This document shows positions 23,098 through 35,672 of a stretch of 64,000 nt of DNA, in pieces. Location of the stretch: assembly GCF_902459465.1 (NCBI RefSeq), contig NC_047062.1:1550001-1614000 (forward strand). Reading direction: 5' to 3'. Both the position numbers and the translations under genes were made by a program. Source of the DNA: Asterias rubens (taxonomy: Eukaryota). Numbering within the stretch: position 1 is the stretch's first letter; each line of letters opens with the position of its first letter. The notes below the pieces were generated by a model that saw only the letters and a program-made list of their open reading frames with translations, searched no databases and was not told where the DNA came from.

Positions 23098-26000
23098 GCA
23101 GAAAACTGCGTATAAAGTTTCTGCCTAGCAGAAATGAGCAGGATGCCAGTCACAAATTGGTAAGCACAGTTCTGTTGTGCTTAGCGCATTTTTGTGCCTA
23201 AGTAGCTCTATGAAATTGGGTCCTAGCAACAAACCACAGTTGATTTCTAATCCTTTCAATATCTTATACTCCCAGAAACCTGTACAGATCCTCGTAGGGT
23301 ACTCATCGTTGCTGGCCACCACAACTGGATCGCTCTTGCCTACGCCCACTTTGTCTGCTGCTACCGCATCAAGGAGTCCACAGGTTGGCAGTTAGTCTTC
23401 ACCTCGCCGTATCTTGAACGAACCATCGAGAGGGTCGCACTGAACTCCAGGGTCCCGCTGAGTCAGTCCGAGGGAAAGGAAAAGATGGTGGCGGTGTCGT
23501 ACGGTAGCCAGATCAGACTCTGGAGCTGTCAGGATGAGAGCAAGCGCAATCAAATAGGTGATGGTCTGAAACTCTTTATTGATAACTTGAAACATCAATC
23601 CATAATCAGGGCTCAAGTAAATATTTTAACCCTAATTTCTTTGGTGTGCTGGGCCTAATTTCCAAGACTTATACCCTGTTTCTTCAACAAGCAGTTAAGT
23701 TGGTAATAGATTGTCAGCAACTCATTCTGCATTATGGCCGAAATGTCAAGCGCACCAGACTCAAGCTCTGCTGTTTCTGATCAACATGAATGTGGGTTTG
23801 AGTCATGGTTAGTACACTTGTTTCCTTAAGCAAGACACTTGACCATTAGTACTTCGTTGGGATGTTAACGGTCCTGTGTGTTGTGTAACGTAGTTAAAAA
23901 GAACCCAAAGTGAAGGGGTTTTCCTTTGGTATTTCTGGCAGTGGCTGCTTAATGCACCACGGCACAATGTAAACCCTTATAAGGTGTAACATAAATCAGT
24001 CTCATTATTCATAAAACTTTGAAACCTGTCTTAAAGGCAGTGGACACTATTGGTAATTGTCAAAGACTAGCCTTCACAGTTGGTGTATCTCAACATATGC
24101 ATAAAATAACTAACCTGTGAAAATTGGAGCTCAATTGGTCCTCGAAGTTGCAAGATATAATAATCAGGCAATCTTCTTAATTAGCAAAGTTCAAAACTTT
24201 GTTTAAATCTCATCTTTTTTCAAAAGCCTACTGTATGGTGCTATGAGCAACGGCTGTTGGATTAGCGCCTTATAAATTTAACGATTGATTGAAAGAAAAA
24301 AACACCCTTGTCACACAAAGTTTTGTGCGTTTAGATGGTTGATTTCAAGACCTCAAGTTCTAAATCTGAGGTCTCGAAATCAAATTCCACTGCCTTTAAA
24401 AAGTGTTTGTTTTTTGTTCAAGACTCTTGAGCACCTTAATGGTGGATATGTGTGCTATATAAAATTATTATTACTCCAAAATTATTATTTAGATGTTGAA
24501 TATGCATCAGGGATAGTGAATTTTAATTTGGTTTTACCCATACACCACTGTAGACTCGGTACTTTCTCGAAGTCTGTGAAAAAAAGTCACAGGCATATTA
24601 CTTGAATTGCAAAGGTCATGGGTTCAAATCCCACTTAATTAATATGCCTGTGATTTCACAGAACTCTGGGAAAGTACTGAGTATACAGTTTTAAAACATA
24701 TCATTGTAAGGGTCAAACCAAATTAATGTTAGTATTATATTATGCGCTAGTTAAAATGACTAATATCGCGACGTATTGTTGTGCAGGTACCTTTGATCTC
24801 GGTGTCCATGTAGACTCATTGTTCTTCATCGGTAGTCAACTAGTGGCTACCAGTCACACAGGTAAAGTAGGCGTCTGGCATGCAGTCACACAGCATTGGC
24901 AGGTAAGACAGTGAGATTCCTAAAAATAAAATATTTTGTGGGTTCCTTTTGTTGTGCAAGTAGTCTTAATGTCTATGCGTACACTTTAATAAAAACAATT
25001 CGGACAAATGCATCTCATTATTAGCTTTAAATAAGTGGCGTATCGTGGCCGAGTCGAATAAGAAGACCGAATTCAAACTCTGGTGTTTCTGATCAACAGA
25101 GTGTGGGTTTGAGTCCCTGTCGTGACACCTGTGTCCTTAAGCAAGATACTTAACCTTGATGAGACTTAAAGCCGTTGGTCCCTTGTGTATTATGTATTGC
25201 ACGTAAAAAGAACCCACCGTACTTTCAAAAAAAGGCGGGGTTCGCCCCGGTGTTCCTGGTTTGAATGGCAGCGTATAGCGCCACAGCACCTTAAAGGAAT
25301 AGGTCTCATACTTCAAAACGTAGCTCCAAACAACTAAGCGCTTTGATATGCCCATTGGGTGCAATAAAGGTCTCATACTTCAAAACGTAGCTCCACACAA
25401 CTAAGCGCTTTGATATGCCCATTGGGTGCTATAAAGGTCTCATACTTCAAAACGTAGCTCCACACAACTAAGCGCTTTGATATGCCCATTGGGTGCTATA
25501 AAGCGCTATATAAGAACTCAATTCTATTTTAAATTGGTATTCTCTAAATGTTTTGTAACTCTGTCAATTATCAATTGAAATTCCTTTTGTAGTTTGTTGT
25601 TGTAACTGTGTTGTATTTTCTATTTATTTTTTGTTATTCCTTTAGACTCAAGAAATGTGTGCGATTGCTAGCCATGATACAGCAGGGTCATTTCTTCTAT
25701 TGGGATGTACAAACGGCTCCATCTACTACATAGGTCAGTAACTGCTCTACTTTTAGGATTGTGTGTCGGTGTTTTATCTTAACGGTTAAAGGACACAGTG
25801 TCTGCAGATCTACATTAAACTTAGACCGTTTGAAGATAATGGTAGTAGAAAGCGTACCTTAACATATTAGTTGTTAAGGTGCTGTAGTTTTTGAGAAATT
25901 GGTAAAAAAATGTCATGAAAATACATTTTTACATGCTAAAATAATTTTCGTCTCATGACCACTGAGATGAAAATTGTTTTCATGACATTGTTTTAATCAT

Positions 26001-29000
26001 TTCTCAAAAATTACATCACCTCAGCAAGTAATATTTTCAGGGAAGCTTTCTACTATCAGTATCTTCAAACTGTGTAAATCTGTAGACATTGTGTTTTTCG
26101 TTCTACAAAAAGTACATAGACTCTTTAAACGAAACTTGTGAGTTCTGGTTGGCTGTTCAATTGTTTCCACCGGTTCCAAGCTGAACTATGAGAGAGCATG
26201 TAAAAGATGCAAATGTCAACCAACTTCCCCCAGGATCGACCAAGGGCTGATTTCACAAAAAACTAAGATTGAGCTTGCTAGTAAAGTGTTATGTCTCACA
26301 GTGCAAATCACTATGGTAGTTATGACAATTTTACTTGCTATTAATTTCATTTTTTCATAGCGCTGCTGAAAGCCATTATACACTTTTGGAACAGAAAAAA
26401 AAAATTCACAGATTTACAAATAACTTACAGGTTTTACAGAATGTAATAGTGAAAGACTTCTCTTGAAATATTATTCCATGAAATGCTTTACTTTTTGAGA
26501 AACATTAAAACGATTATCAATTCACAATTATCAAAACTCATGTCATGACACGGCGAAACCTGCGGAAACAAGGGTGTGTTTTCCCGTGATTTTCTCCCGA
26601 CTCTAATGACCGATTGAGCCTAAATTTTCACAGGTTTGTTATTTTATATATAAATTGTGATACACGAAGTGTGGGCCTTTGGACAATACTGTTTACCAAA
26701 AGTGTACAATGGCTTTAAGCAAAAAACTCTTGCTTACCAATTTCAGCTCAGCAGCACTAAGCAGGATACCAGTCACAAGTTGTACATGTGACATGCTAGT
26801 TTGCTGTGCTTGGCTACCCTTTGTGCTTTAGCAGCTCTGTTAATTTGGGCCCTGGATTAAAAATATAACACTATAGCCTGTCTTCACAATCACAAACCAC
26901 GTGTGTGGTGGCAGACAAAATTTATCAGACATTTTAAGTAATTAACAGTTATTTGATGGGGGTGTAAGAAAAACACAGTGGCACCAACAAAGGGATGCAA
27001 TCATTTCCCCTGAATGACATCTTTGTTGATTTGTTAAATTTATTTTACTTTCACATATTTCATGGCTAAATTTTACTTGCCAAACACTATGGTATAATTT
27101 TCATAACCACAAACTACATTAAACTAAAGTATTTGAAAAAATGGAATCTTGCACATGTAAAACTCCATAAGGTTGGGACCAGTTTGTCCCGGCAGTTTGA
27201 ATAAGCATAATAATAACAACAATAATAATATAAAAAAATTTATACAGCACCTTATGCTAGGCCTCAAGGCGCTTAACACAAGATAAAAACACATTGATGA
27301 GACTTGCACAGTCTACTAAACCAAAAAGCTCAGTGTATGACCTATGCCATGGAATGGTTTAAAGACAGTGGACACTATTGGTAACTATCAAAGACTACTC
27401 TTTACAGTTGGTGTATCTCAACATATGCATAAAATAACAGAGCTGTGAAAATTTGAGCTCAATCGGTCGTCGAAGTTGCGAGATATTAATGAAAGAAACA
27501 AACACCCTTGTCACACGAAGTTGTGTGCTTTCAGATTCTTGATTTCAGGACCTCAAATTCTAAATATGAGGTCTCGAAATCAAATTTGTGGAAAATTACT
27601 TCTTTCTCAAAAACTGCATTACTTCAAAGGGAGCGGTTTCTCGCAATGTTTTATTCTATCAACCTCTCCTCATTACCTGTAATCAAGTAAGGTTTTATGA
27701 TAATAAATATTTTGAGTAATTACTAATTGTGTCCACTGCCTTTGTATAATGAATGATTTGTGACATACAAGCCTTTCTTTTTCTTCATTAGATATGCAGA
27801 AGTTTCCATTAAGAATGAAGGATAATGATTTATTAGTGACTGAACTGTACCATGATCCTGGCATTAATGACGCAGTTACTGCCCTCAGTGTCTACCTCAC
27901 TCCAAAGACAAGTAAGTCAACCAAACACATGATATTTAGGGCAGACAGGTTGGTGTACCCATGCAAAGGTTGTGGGTTCGAATCCCACCCGGGTGATTTG
28001 CCTGTGGATTTTGTTCACAGAACTCGGGAAAGTACAGAGTTTACATTGCCTTATACACGTTATATTCCAGCCAAATTAAACTTAACTGTATGGTCTCAGA
28101 GCAACAAAAAAATAACCATGTATAAAGTTTTCCAGTCGACGCCCAACTGTCTGTGCAGTTTGCCATTGCATTCGGAAAGCATTTAGATTGAATTGATGAG
28201 GGAGTGTCTCAAAGGTAGGGCACATATACGTAGTCATATATGGGTTGATGTGGAAGGTTGCCAGAGGTGCCCTTAAATGCCTCGGCTCGAACACGTAGTG
28301 GCGTCCTTTGAAATTCAGCTTCCCAGCGAATAAGGATGACTAGCCTCCCAAATTCTTATAACTATTATTTCCCTGATGCAAGTTTCACATAATCTAAACT
28401 TAAAGCTGTTGTTCAGTTGTTTCAAGTCCTTTTCCCTAAATTTGATTCGATTTCTTTCGCAAACACCAGGTTTGACAGGTAACTGGATTGAGATAGCTTA
28501 CGGCACTAGCTCAGGCAAGGTGCGAGTGATCGTACAGCATCCAGAGACTGTCGGACAGGGACCACAACTTTTCCAGACGTTCACGGTTCATTGTAATCCC
28601 ATTTCTAAGGTCATGCTGTCGGAGAAACATCTCATCTCGGGTGAGTTTTAGACTTTGAGTAGTGAGACTTGTGACTCGTGAAGTATTGAGGCATTTCTTC
28701 TGACGTCATTATCCACAATAAATCCAGTTGTGCCATTTTGGGAAATGTATACACTGTGGGTTAATTACAGGGATGAGATTCTTCCACCTCTTTTTTTTCA
28801 GTTCTTATTTTTTAAATTCCTTGACTTTGGGAAATTGACCCTGGAACCTTTCATTTTTAGACATTAGAATTGACAAAAGCGATGGGTGAGTCGTATCTCT
28901 TCTTTACTGGTCTGACAGCGAGTCAAAAAATTGTTTCTTGTCACAAAAATTTGGGGTTTGGTGGTATAATCCCTAAGAGAAATTGTTCTAAAGTTCGTAA

Positions 29001-32000
29001 AATTGTTTGTCAAATCTTGATGTGTGCTAGATTTAATGTGGCCCCAATCACAATCACAATTATTTAGTTTAGTAGACAAACGTTAAAAAATGCAAGTAAG
29101 TATTAGTCTGGCCCATTTCTCCATGTTCTACATGTATACGTAACCACAATACATCGGTGAGTGGGGAAACACCCAACTCAAATTTCCGGGTTTGGAAGAC
29201 GTACTGTGGAGTCTAATCCCAACCTTGTTCCAGTTGTAGTATGTAGTACGAGTTGTCCAGCAAACTTGCTTTATGCTTTATTTCATCAACAATATTTTTT
29301 CTTGCAGTGTGTCAAGAGTATAATCACGTGAGAACATGGAATGTGACGAGATTTCGCGGGATGATCTCCACCCAGCCTGGCTCCACTCCGCTGAACTCCT
29401 TCAAGATTCTCTCTCTAGAGGAAACAGAGCCACACCCAACCTACGCCGCTGGAAATGACTTTGGTAAGCTCAGTTCAATCCACTTCAATAATCAGTTGAG
29501 GTTTGCGATAGTTTCATGTGTAAATCTCTTTTGAGTAGTGTTAGTTCTGAAAAGAACTGGTGGTTACGATTTAACGCTTCAATCAGCATGCTCTGATCGT
29601 CTTCAGGAGAAGGATACTGAAGCATGCTGATGGAAACGTTGAGTTGTCAATCACTGCTTCTTTTCTGAACCAACACTAACCAAAAGAAATTTACACATGG
29701 TGTTGCCGCAAATATCACGTGATTATACAATGTACTCCCACTATGCAAAGTTTTGAATCCGACTTTTCTATTGTTTATAAGAGATGTTAAATTTGCATCG
29801 GGGATAAAGAATATTAATTTTGTTTTTTACCCATACACCGATGTGTGTCAGCACTGTATACTCAGTACTTTTCTATTGTTGTGTCTTGACTCAAAATTTG
29901 GGGATCATGTTTAAAAAAAGTTGTGTTATACGTGTATGTGACAGGTGAAAAATGTCAACTCAAAAACCTTGTTTCTTGGACTCTATGTAGTGGTTAGTTT
30001 TGTGCATACATTCAGGAATTAAGAAAAACAAGTAACCAACAGCCTCCTTATTTACATTTTATTTAGTTGATTTTATTTTATTTTACCATTAATGTCCAAA
30101 ACACCAAAATGCAGTGTGTAGCGCAAAATGAAAACCCCAAACAGGCGCACATTCCCACTAAGTGGGAATCCTTGTTCACACATAAAAAAATTAAACAAAT
30201 ATTCATAACAAAGCAAAATACAAAGTAAGAAAATTGCAATAGAAAACATGGAAGTTTACACCAATTCAGGCGCACACTGGGTGCGCAGTGTTGAACACCG
30301 AGCGCCATTGGTGAGGTGTACATGTGCCTAGTTTTGTGCACAAAGACATGAGGAAATCATGTTTCTTTTCACTCTTTATGGAAATTAAATGTTTTCCTAA
30401 CCGACTATCACAATTTCCTTAACAGGACATCATGATATACCATTGTAGATCACTGACCACAAATATTTGTAACTAATAGAAACCGAATCATCTTGAAAAT
30501 GGTGCTCGCCTTAGGTGAATTAGGGGGAAAAGACGCGGAAACTGTATAAAAAAGTCACTAAAATGAGATTTTGTCAGAATTTCATTTTTCCCTCTGTGCT
30601 TAATTTAAAAAAATAATATCAAGAAAGTAGCAAATCGTCATATCATGCAGCCATGTGCGAGAAATGGTATAGATTGTCGAGGAAGACATTAAATTTCCAT
30701 ATAAAGAGAAAAGGGAAGCAATTTTCTCGTGTCTTTGTGCACAAAATTAGGCACAAGTACACCGCAGCAGTGACGCACGGCGCCCAGCACTTGCGGGCCT
30801 GAATTGGTGTATACAACTACCCTGTGTCACTTAAACCAACGTCCCACAATAGAGTGTCAATGAATGTGACTCACATCCACCCTCTTCTACCAGTCTCATG
30901 AGTTTGTGTTATAGCCTGCCAGACCCAAGTGAACATAAGAATTCCCAAATCAAAATGTTTTCTTTTTCTCTCCAGTTGGAATTTCCCTCTCTGTAATACT
31001 GACATTGAATCTAACCTCTGCACCAGCTGTGGCTGTGGCTTGAGCCCCTCCAGCCATTCAAGAGCCTTTTCCCCGAATAAGCCACTTCGGAATGTCAGTG
31101 GCGCATGTCTGTTACTGCTGACAACGGACTTTGTCTATCTCCCGTAACCTTTTGACAATAACAGACATGCGCAGCTAGAACTCCGAAGTGGCTTAAAGCA
31201 AAATGGCTGATGAAGCCGCATCCATTAGCCAGAGTGGATGTGTGGTGTTTCACAGAGAGCCGTTTGAGACCCTGTCTTCATATTATTCTTTCTTATTTGC
31301 AGGACCCTACGGTGACAGAGATGATCAGCAGGTGTTTGTCCAGAAGGTTGTTCCTGAGACAGACCAGTTGTATATACGTCTTGCATCCACAGGGCAGAGG
31401 TAAGAAAGTAGATTAGGACCTTAACCCTCCTACTGTTGGATCATTCAATGTAAATGTTTGCATTCGATGTAAATGCGTACCTGCAAGGGAAGGGTGGTTG
31501 ATATTGTATTGAGAAAGTCTTGGGAGCATCATGGCTGCTCAGGTCTGTATACTCCCAGGGAGCTGACAGAAATGTAAGAGATGTTTTGGCCATTGCACTA
31601 ATGTAAAGCCAGACCTGCCAACCTGTACGCATTTTGCGTACCATGCACGCATTTTCACCCCTGAGTACGGTGGTACGAGATATGCTGCAGAACGTACGCA
31701 AAAAGCTAAATCTATATCGCGGTGTTTTAAAACTGCAGCACGAACGGACAATTTTGTTCTCAATTTAATCAACTGTTATTTGTTCAACCCCAAGTGCAAA
31801 AACAACAGATCAAAAACACCCCACATCTGAGTGATCATTATGCGCTTCGATAAAAAAGAGGTTGTGCTTAGAATTATTTTTTAAATTCTTACTCCCGCTG
31901 GAAAACTAATAAACCAATGCGTAACAGAGGGGGTGGGAATGGCGCATACCAGTTCGGTCAACCTGGTATAGTACATGTACAGCCTTATGCATGGATGTAC

Positions 32001-35000
32001 ATGTACAGTGTACATGTACGTGCACACAACGCACGTGTTCGTCGAAGGCGAAGTGTCAGTGATGGGGGAAAAAGTACTCCTCCACATCCAACCCGGGAAA
32101 AAAGAGAATGCACGCGTGCATGCAGTCGGCAGTGCACACACTTCATTTGATTTAGACATCTCACTCAAAGAGCGGCAACAGTTTAGGTCAGGAGGTAGTC
32201 ATGTTATTTACGTCACGATTTTTCCCAACTCCCGAGAATTTGGGGAAAATAATGGGAATTTAATGGCCTGTAATCTTGTATAAGCCTCATTTTTTTTCCA
32301 GACTGTTAAAGTCACGAGCACAAAAAGTCAGAAAAGGCCACACAAACCACCCCTAAGATAAACACTGATATCATGATACACTTTTTTTTATTTTTTATGA
32401 AGTAGCCTGTATTTTGTGTCAATATGATATATAATTACATTAAATGAATGGGTCATCTAAATGAAGTGGTCCATGGTTTTTGCTGACTGACCGTAAGCAT
32501 TGTGCCATATGCCGACGTTCACTGGGCGATCTGGTTTATGCTGCTGCGATAATGTGGTACTCAATTTTTTTTTACAAGGTTGGCAGGTCTGTAAAGCCCA
32601 TTGATACGGTTATTGTAAAATGCACTGTATAAGAACTAGTTATTATTATTATAACTATCATCCATAGATAAACTATGCCTGCCTGTTGTATGATATTATT
32701 ATATCATAAAGTAAAACACAGTACATACTCAACCCTCCTACCATTTTATATCATCCACTTTGGTTTTTCTGCCTGGTAACCTGTTTCTGTTAAGCAAGAT
32801 TTTTCTGTGCTAAGCATTTCTGTGGCTGCTTAAGCATCTCCATGAAATGAGTCTCAAAAAATTATATCACGAGGTGAATGCATCAACACAGTTCACAGTC
32901 AACCCTCCTACTGTCTGACCATTCAATATCATCCACTGTGGTTTTGGATGACATAAACTATGCCAGCCTGCAATATGATTGTGATGAATGCATCTGGTTT
33001 TCCTCCCTCGAGAAAAAAAATTGAACACTTTCGATCTTTGGCTGTGCTCCGTGGTCATAATGAGTTGATGTGGCTGGCAGCCAAAGGCGCCCTTGCATAC
33101 TATCTTCTCGAACACGTTGTAACCGCGTCCTTCGCAATTCAGCTCTAAGCTGCAAGTAAGGATGATTAGCGAGTAAGGATGATTAGGCCCCCCCCAAAAA
33201 AAATTATTATTATCTACACAGCTGTCTGACCATTCAATATATGGTTTTCTCTCCGGTAACTTGTATCTGCACAGCAAGATTTTTTTGTGCTAAGCATTTT
33301 CTTTTTTGTTTAACCCTTTTAGAGACCAACAATTTTTGTATAATCATCACCGTATGCCCTGACGTTGCTATTTTTTTTTTTTTGCAGTGGTATTTTCAGG
33401 TAAAATGTTAGGAAAATTAATAAGAAACAAAAATACATGGTTTTGTTGGAGATGTAGATTCTATGTTTACATGGGAAACATTGGAAAATGTCAGTTCAGT
33501 TCCAAACTTTTTCTAAAATATTGCGGTTGTTTGCTTGAAGCCGCTATGGCCTCTAACGGGTTAACCATCTCTATGAAATGAAGACATTGGACACTATTGG
33601 TAATTCTTAAAGACCAGTCTTCTCACTTGGTGTATCTTAACATATGCACAAAATAACAAAAACTGTGAAAATTTGAACTCAATTGGTCGTCAAAGTTGCG
33701 AGATAATAATGGAAGAAAAAAAAACCTTGTCACACGAAGTTGTGTGCTTTCAGATGCTTGATTTCGGGACCTAAAAAATCTAATTCTGTGGTCTTAAAAT
33801 CAAATTCATGGTAAATTACATGGACTTCTTTCTCAAAAACTACGTTACTTCAGAGGGAGCCGTTTCTCACAATGTTTTATACCATCAACAGCTCTCCATT
33901 GCTTTTGACCAAGACAAATTTTGTTCGCAAACAATTAGTTTGAGTATATACCACTAGTGTCCAGTGCCTTTAAAAGTGAACTTGAATGTGTTATTACTCC
34001 AGGGTATGTTTGATCCGCTCTGTGGATGGCAGCATCATTACAACCTTCAGAGTACATGAATGTGAAGGGTCAAGTAGGATGGGGTCACCACCGAGACGAT
34101 ACCTATTCACTGGACACTCAAATGGATCCATTCAGGTGCGTTCTTAAGGGTGAACCCCACTACATAAACTCCCTACAGTGCACAATGCTAAATATTCATC
34201 TATAGGTGAACAAATACTTAGAAGTGTCTCAGCTTTTTACAGTAAAGGAGAAATTATTCACTGACTCTTGTTCTTATCTTCCGCTCAATTTGATATAGGA
34301 AGTTGCAAGATATTCTCCTTTCAAATCAAAATATACAAGGTGTCATCTTTTGTGGCTCAGTGCTATAAGCTCATTAATGTTAATAATTATACTTCAAAAC
34401 AATCAACATTTAATGACACTCAATGTCCAGACACCCTTCGCTAATGTGAACTGAGACGTTTATATAATTGACTTTCAGATGTGGGATTTGAGCACAGCAT
34501 TGGATCATCTGGTTAAGGCCAACAAGGGGGAGAGAGGTGAGTACACCAGTAAATCTCTCCAGTATCAGCGCTCGTAGGCCATCAAACTTGACACCAAGCT
34601 TTACTAAGGGAATCGATGTGTGGTGAAGAGGTTTTCAACTAGTGGTTTAAGCCCAACGAGGTCTGGTTCTTTATAATTTTACTGAGACGAAGTCGAGGTA
34701 AATTATCAAGAACCAGGCCTCGGCGGGTTTAAACCACTAGTTGAAAACCGATTCAACACACTTTGATTCCCATTCATAAATACCTTTTCGGTAAAAAAAA
34801 TCAACACTTTTTGGTCAAAAACTTAAATAAAATGCAAAAATGATAATTGTTCAATGATTTCTTTCAACACACCACCCCTCCAGCTATGAAATGGTAAAGC
34901 CCTCAGTGACACTCAAGGCACTTTAACATACAGTATTTTCCAGCAAGGTATGTGGGACCTACTCCTAACATAGCACCAGCGTCATCATCATCATCATTCT

Positions 35001-35672
35001 CTGAATCCATCATGGGGGATGTACATGTACAAATGTAGAGCCGCCCAACCAATGCGATCTGATGCCGATTGCCACAGCTGCCATGCCCGAGAATTCGGCG
35101 GTTTTTAGCACCATGTAATGTTTTAAAATGTGCTGAAACTGAAGAAAAAACAAGTTGTGCCATGAGGGTTGTGGACTCCAACTTAATTTTATGACAGAAA
35201 AATATGCAAATCACTAAATCTTGAACACTGAGGCGCACTTGGGTTTCTGACATTAACAAAAAGCTACTTCCGTTCCCCCCCCCCCCCAACCTTGTTCCCT
35301 TGAATTTTACTCAATAACTACCTTGAACACCCAGCAGAGTGGATATGTGCGTTTTATAAGTCTTTATTATTATATGAATTCATCCTTTACCACTCTCCAG
35401 CTGAACCTCATCTTCCCGGTGGCCCATCTGAAGAGGAACTCATCCGCCTCCTCGGCCACTCAGACGTCTCTGCCTCTCGGACGACGACGCCCTCCATGAG
35501 CCCTGCAACATCCGCCCAGATGCTACCCATGAGAATCAACCATCTACGCTCCGGCTCGGCGAACACTCTGGCCAGTCAAAGCACCGAGGAACTTCCAGGC
35601 GCAGAGGGGGGACAAACCGGAGGTGAAAATACGGACGGGAGTTATTATGACTTGAAAGTTACCCATTGCTAA
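18328..35672 (+). CDS. KCTD3: BTB/POZ and WD40-repeat protein of the KCTD3/SHKBP1 family, complete, 681 aa
   Basis: Exons 18328-18395, 19373-19426, 20131-20176, 20560-20692, 20985-21065, 21362-21532, 23276-23557, 24787-24902, 25646-25733, 27792-27911, 28470-28640, 29308-29463, 31303-31399, 34003-34135, 34479-34536, 35401-35672 (TAA). All are GT-AG and in phase. Peptides [60 protein letters not shown] and [16 protein letters not shown] match KCTD3/SHKBP1. It is probably co-orthologous to both vertebrate paralogues. Confidence 0.95.
21735..22090 (+). mobile_element. tRNA-derived SINE family F with an (ATT)n tail
   Basis: B box GGTTCGAATC and body ggggtataaatggg.acc..ctgagaaagatt..cattgatac..aagaactgg(tta)n. 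Other copies at 31505-32652 (split), 36430-36775(-), 38610-38735, 53430-53625(+) and 53625-53978(-). Confidence 0.75.
22091..22416 (-). mobile_element. R4/Dong-clade (restriction-like endonuclease) non-LTR retrotransposon, short 5'-truncated copy
   Basis: ORF 22173-22394 is near-identical to the end of the adjacent copy. Flanked by (TAA)n. Confidence 0.85.
22437..23016 (-). mobile_element. R4/Dong-clade RLE non-LTR retrotransposon, 5'-truncated copy
   Basis: Translation [58 protein letters not shown] shows the RHD motif and a PD-(D/E)xK endonuclease. It has a ~90-nt 3' UTR and is embedded in (TAA)n. Confidence 0.9.
23017..23097. repeat. (TAA/ATT)n microsatellite
   Basis: About 26 near-perfect ATT units. 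Confidence 0.95.
25301..25502 (+). repeat. 67-bp x3 tandem repeat at a SINE 3' end
   Basis: The unit start aggtctcatacttcaaaacg occurs at 25301, 25368 and 25435. Confidence 0.9.
25786..26128. mobile_element. MITE family D (TTAA-flanked)
   Basis: ttaaagg...gtacatagac(c/t)ctttaa. Other copies at about 41181-41456 and 48141-48520. Confidence 0.8.
29514..29715. mobile_element. Inverted pair of Penelope-like terminal-repeat fragments carrying degenerate minimal hammerhead motifs
   Basis: About 95-bp imperfect inverted arms. Minus strand CTC-CTGAAGA-C-GATCAG-AGCATG-CTGATT-GAAG-CGTT; plus strand CTGATG-GAAACGTT-GAG. The same downstream sequence occurs at about 7866-7990 and 49498-49610. Confidence 0.6.
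30257..30811. mobile_element. ~555-bp non-autonomous DNA transposon (MITE)
   Basis: TIRs tacaccaattcagg and cctgaattggtgta, plus inner inverted blocks (gtgcacaaagaca). Confidence 0.7.
31611..32590. mobile_element. ~980-bp non-autonomous hAT-like element inserted in a SINE
   Basis: TIR (c)agacctgccaacct / aggttggcaggtct(g). 8-bp direct repeat GTAAAGCC at 31603-31610 and 32591-32598. Confidence 0.75.
33314..33560. mobile_element. piggyBac-type MITE
   Basis: TTAA|CCCTTTTAGAGACC ... GGCCTCTAACGGG|TTAA. Confidence 0.75.
34596..34905. mobile_element. Hairpin-forming MITE
   Basis: Inner inverted repeat ggttttcaactagtggtttaa..ttcttt ataatt / aattatcaagaacc..ttaaaccactagttgaaaacc, with outer gctttac / gtaaagc ends. 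Confidence 0.6.

Noticed and set aside
32867-33277. ORFs with a faint resemblance to a Tx1/L1 ORF2 C-terminus ([13 protein letters not shown])
   Set aside because: The similarity is too short and the expected downstream Cys/His motif is absent, so it cannot be supported without a profile search.
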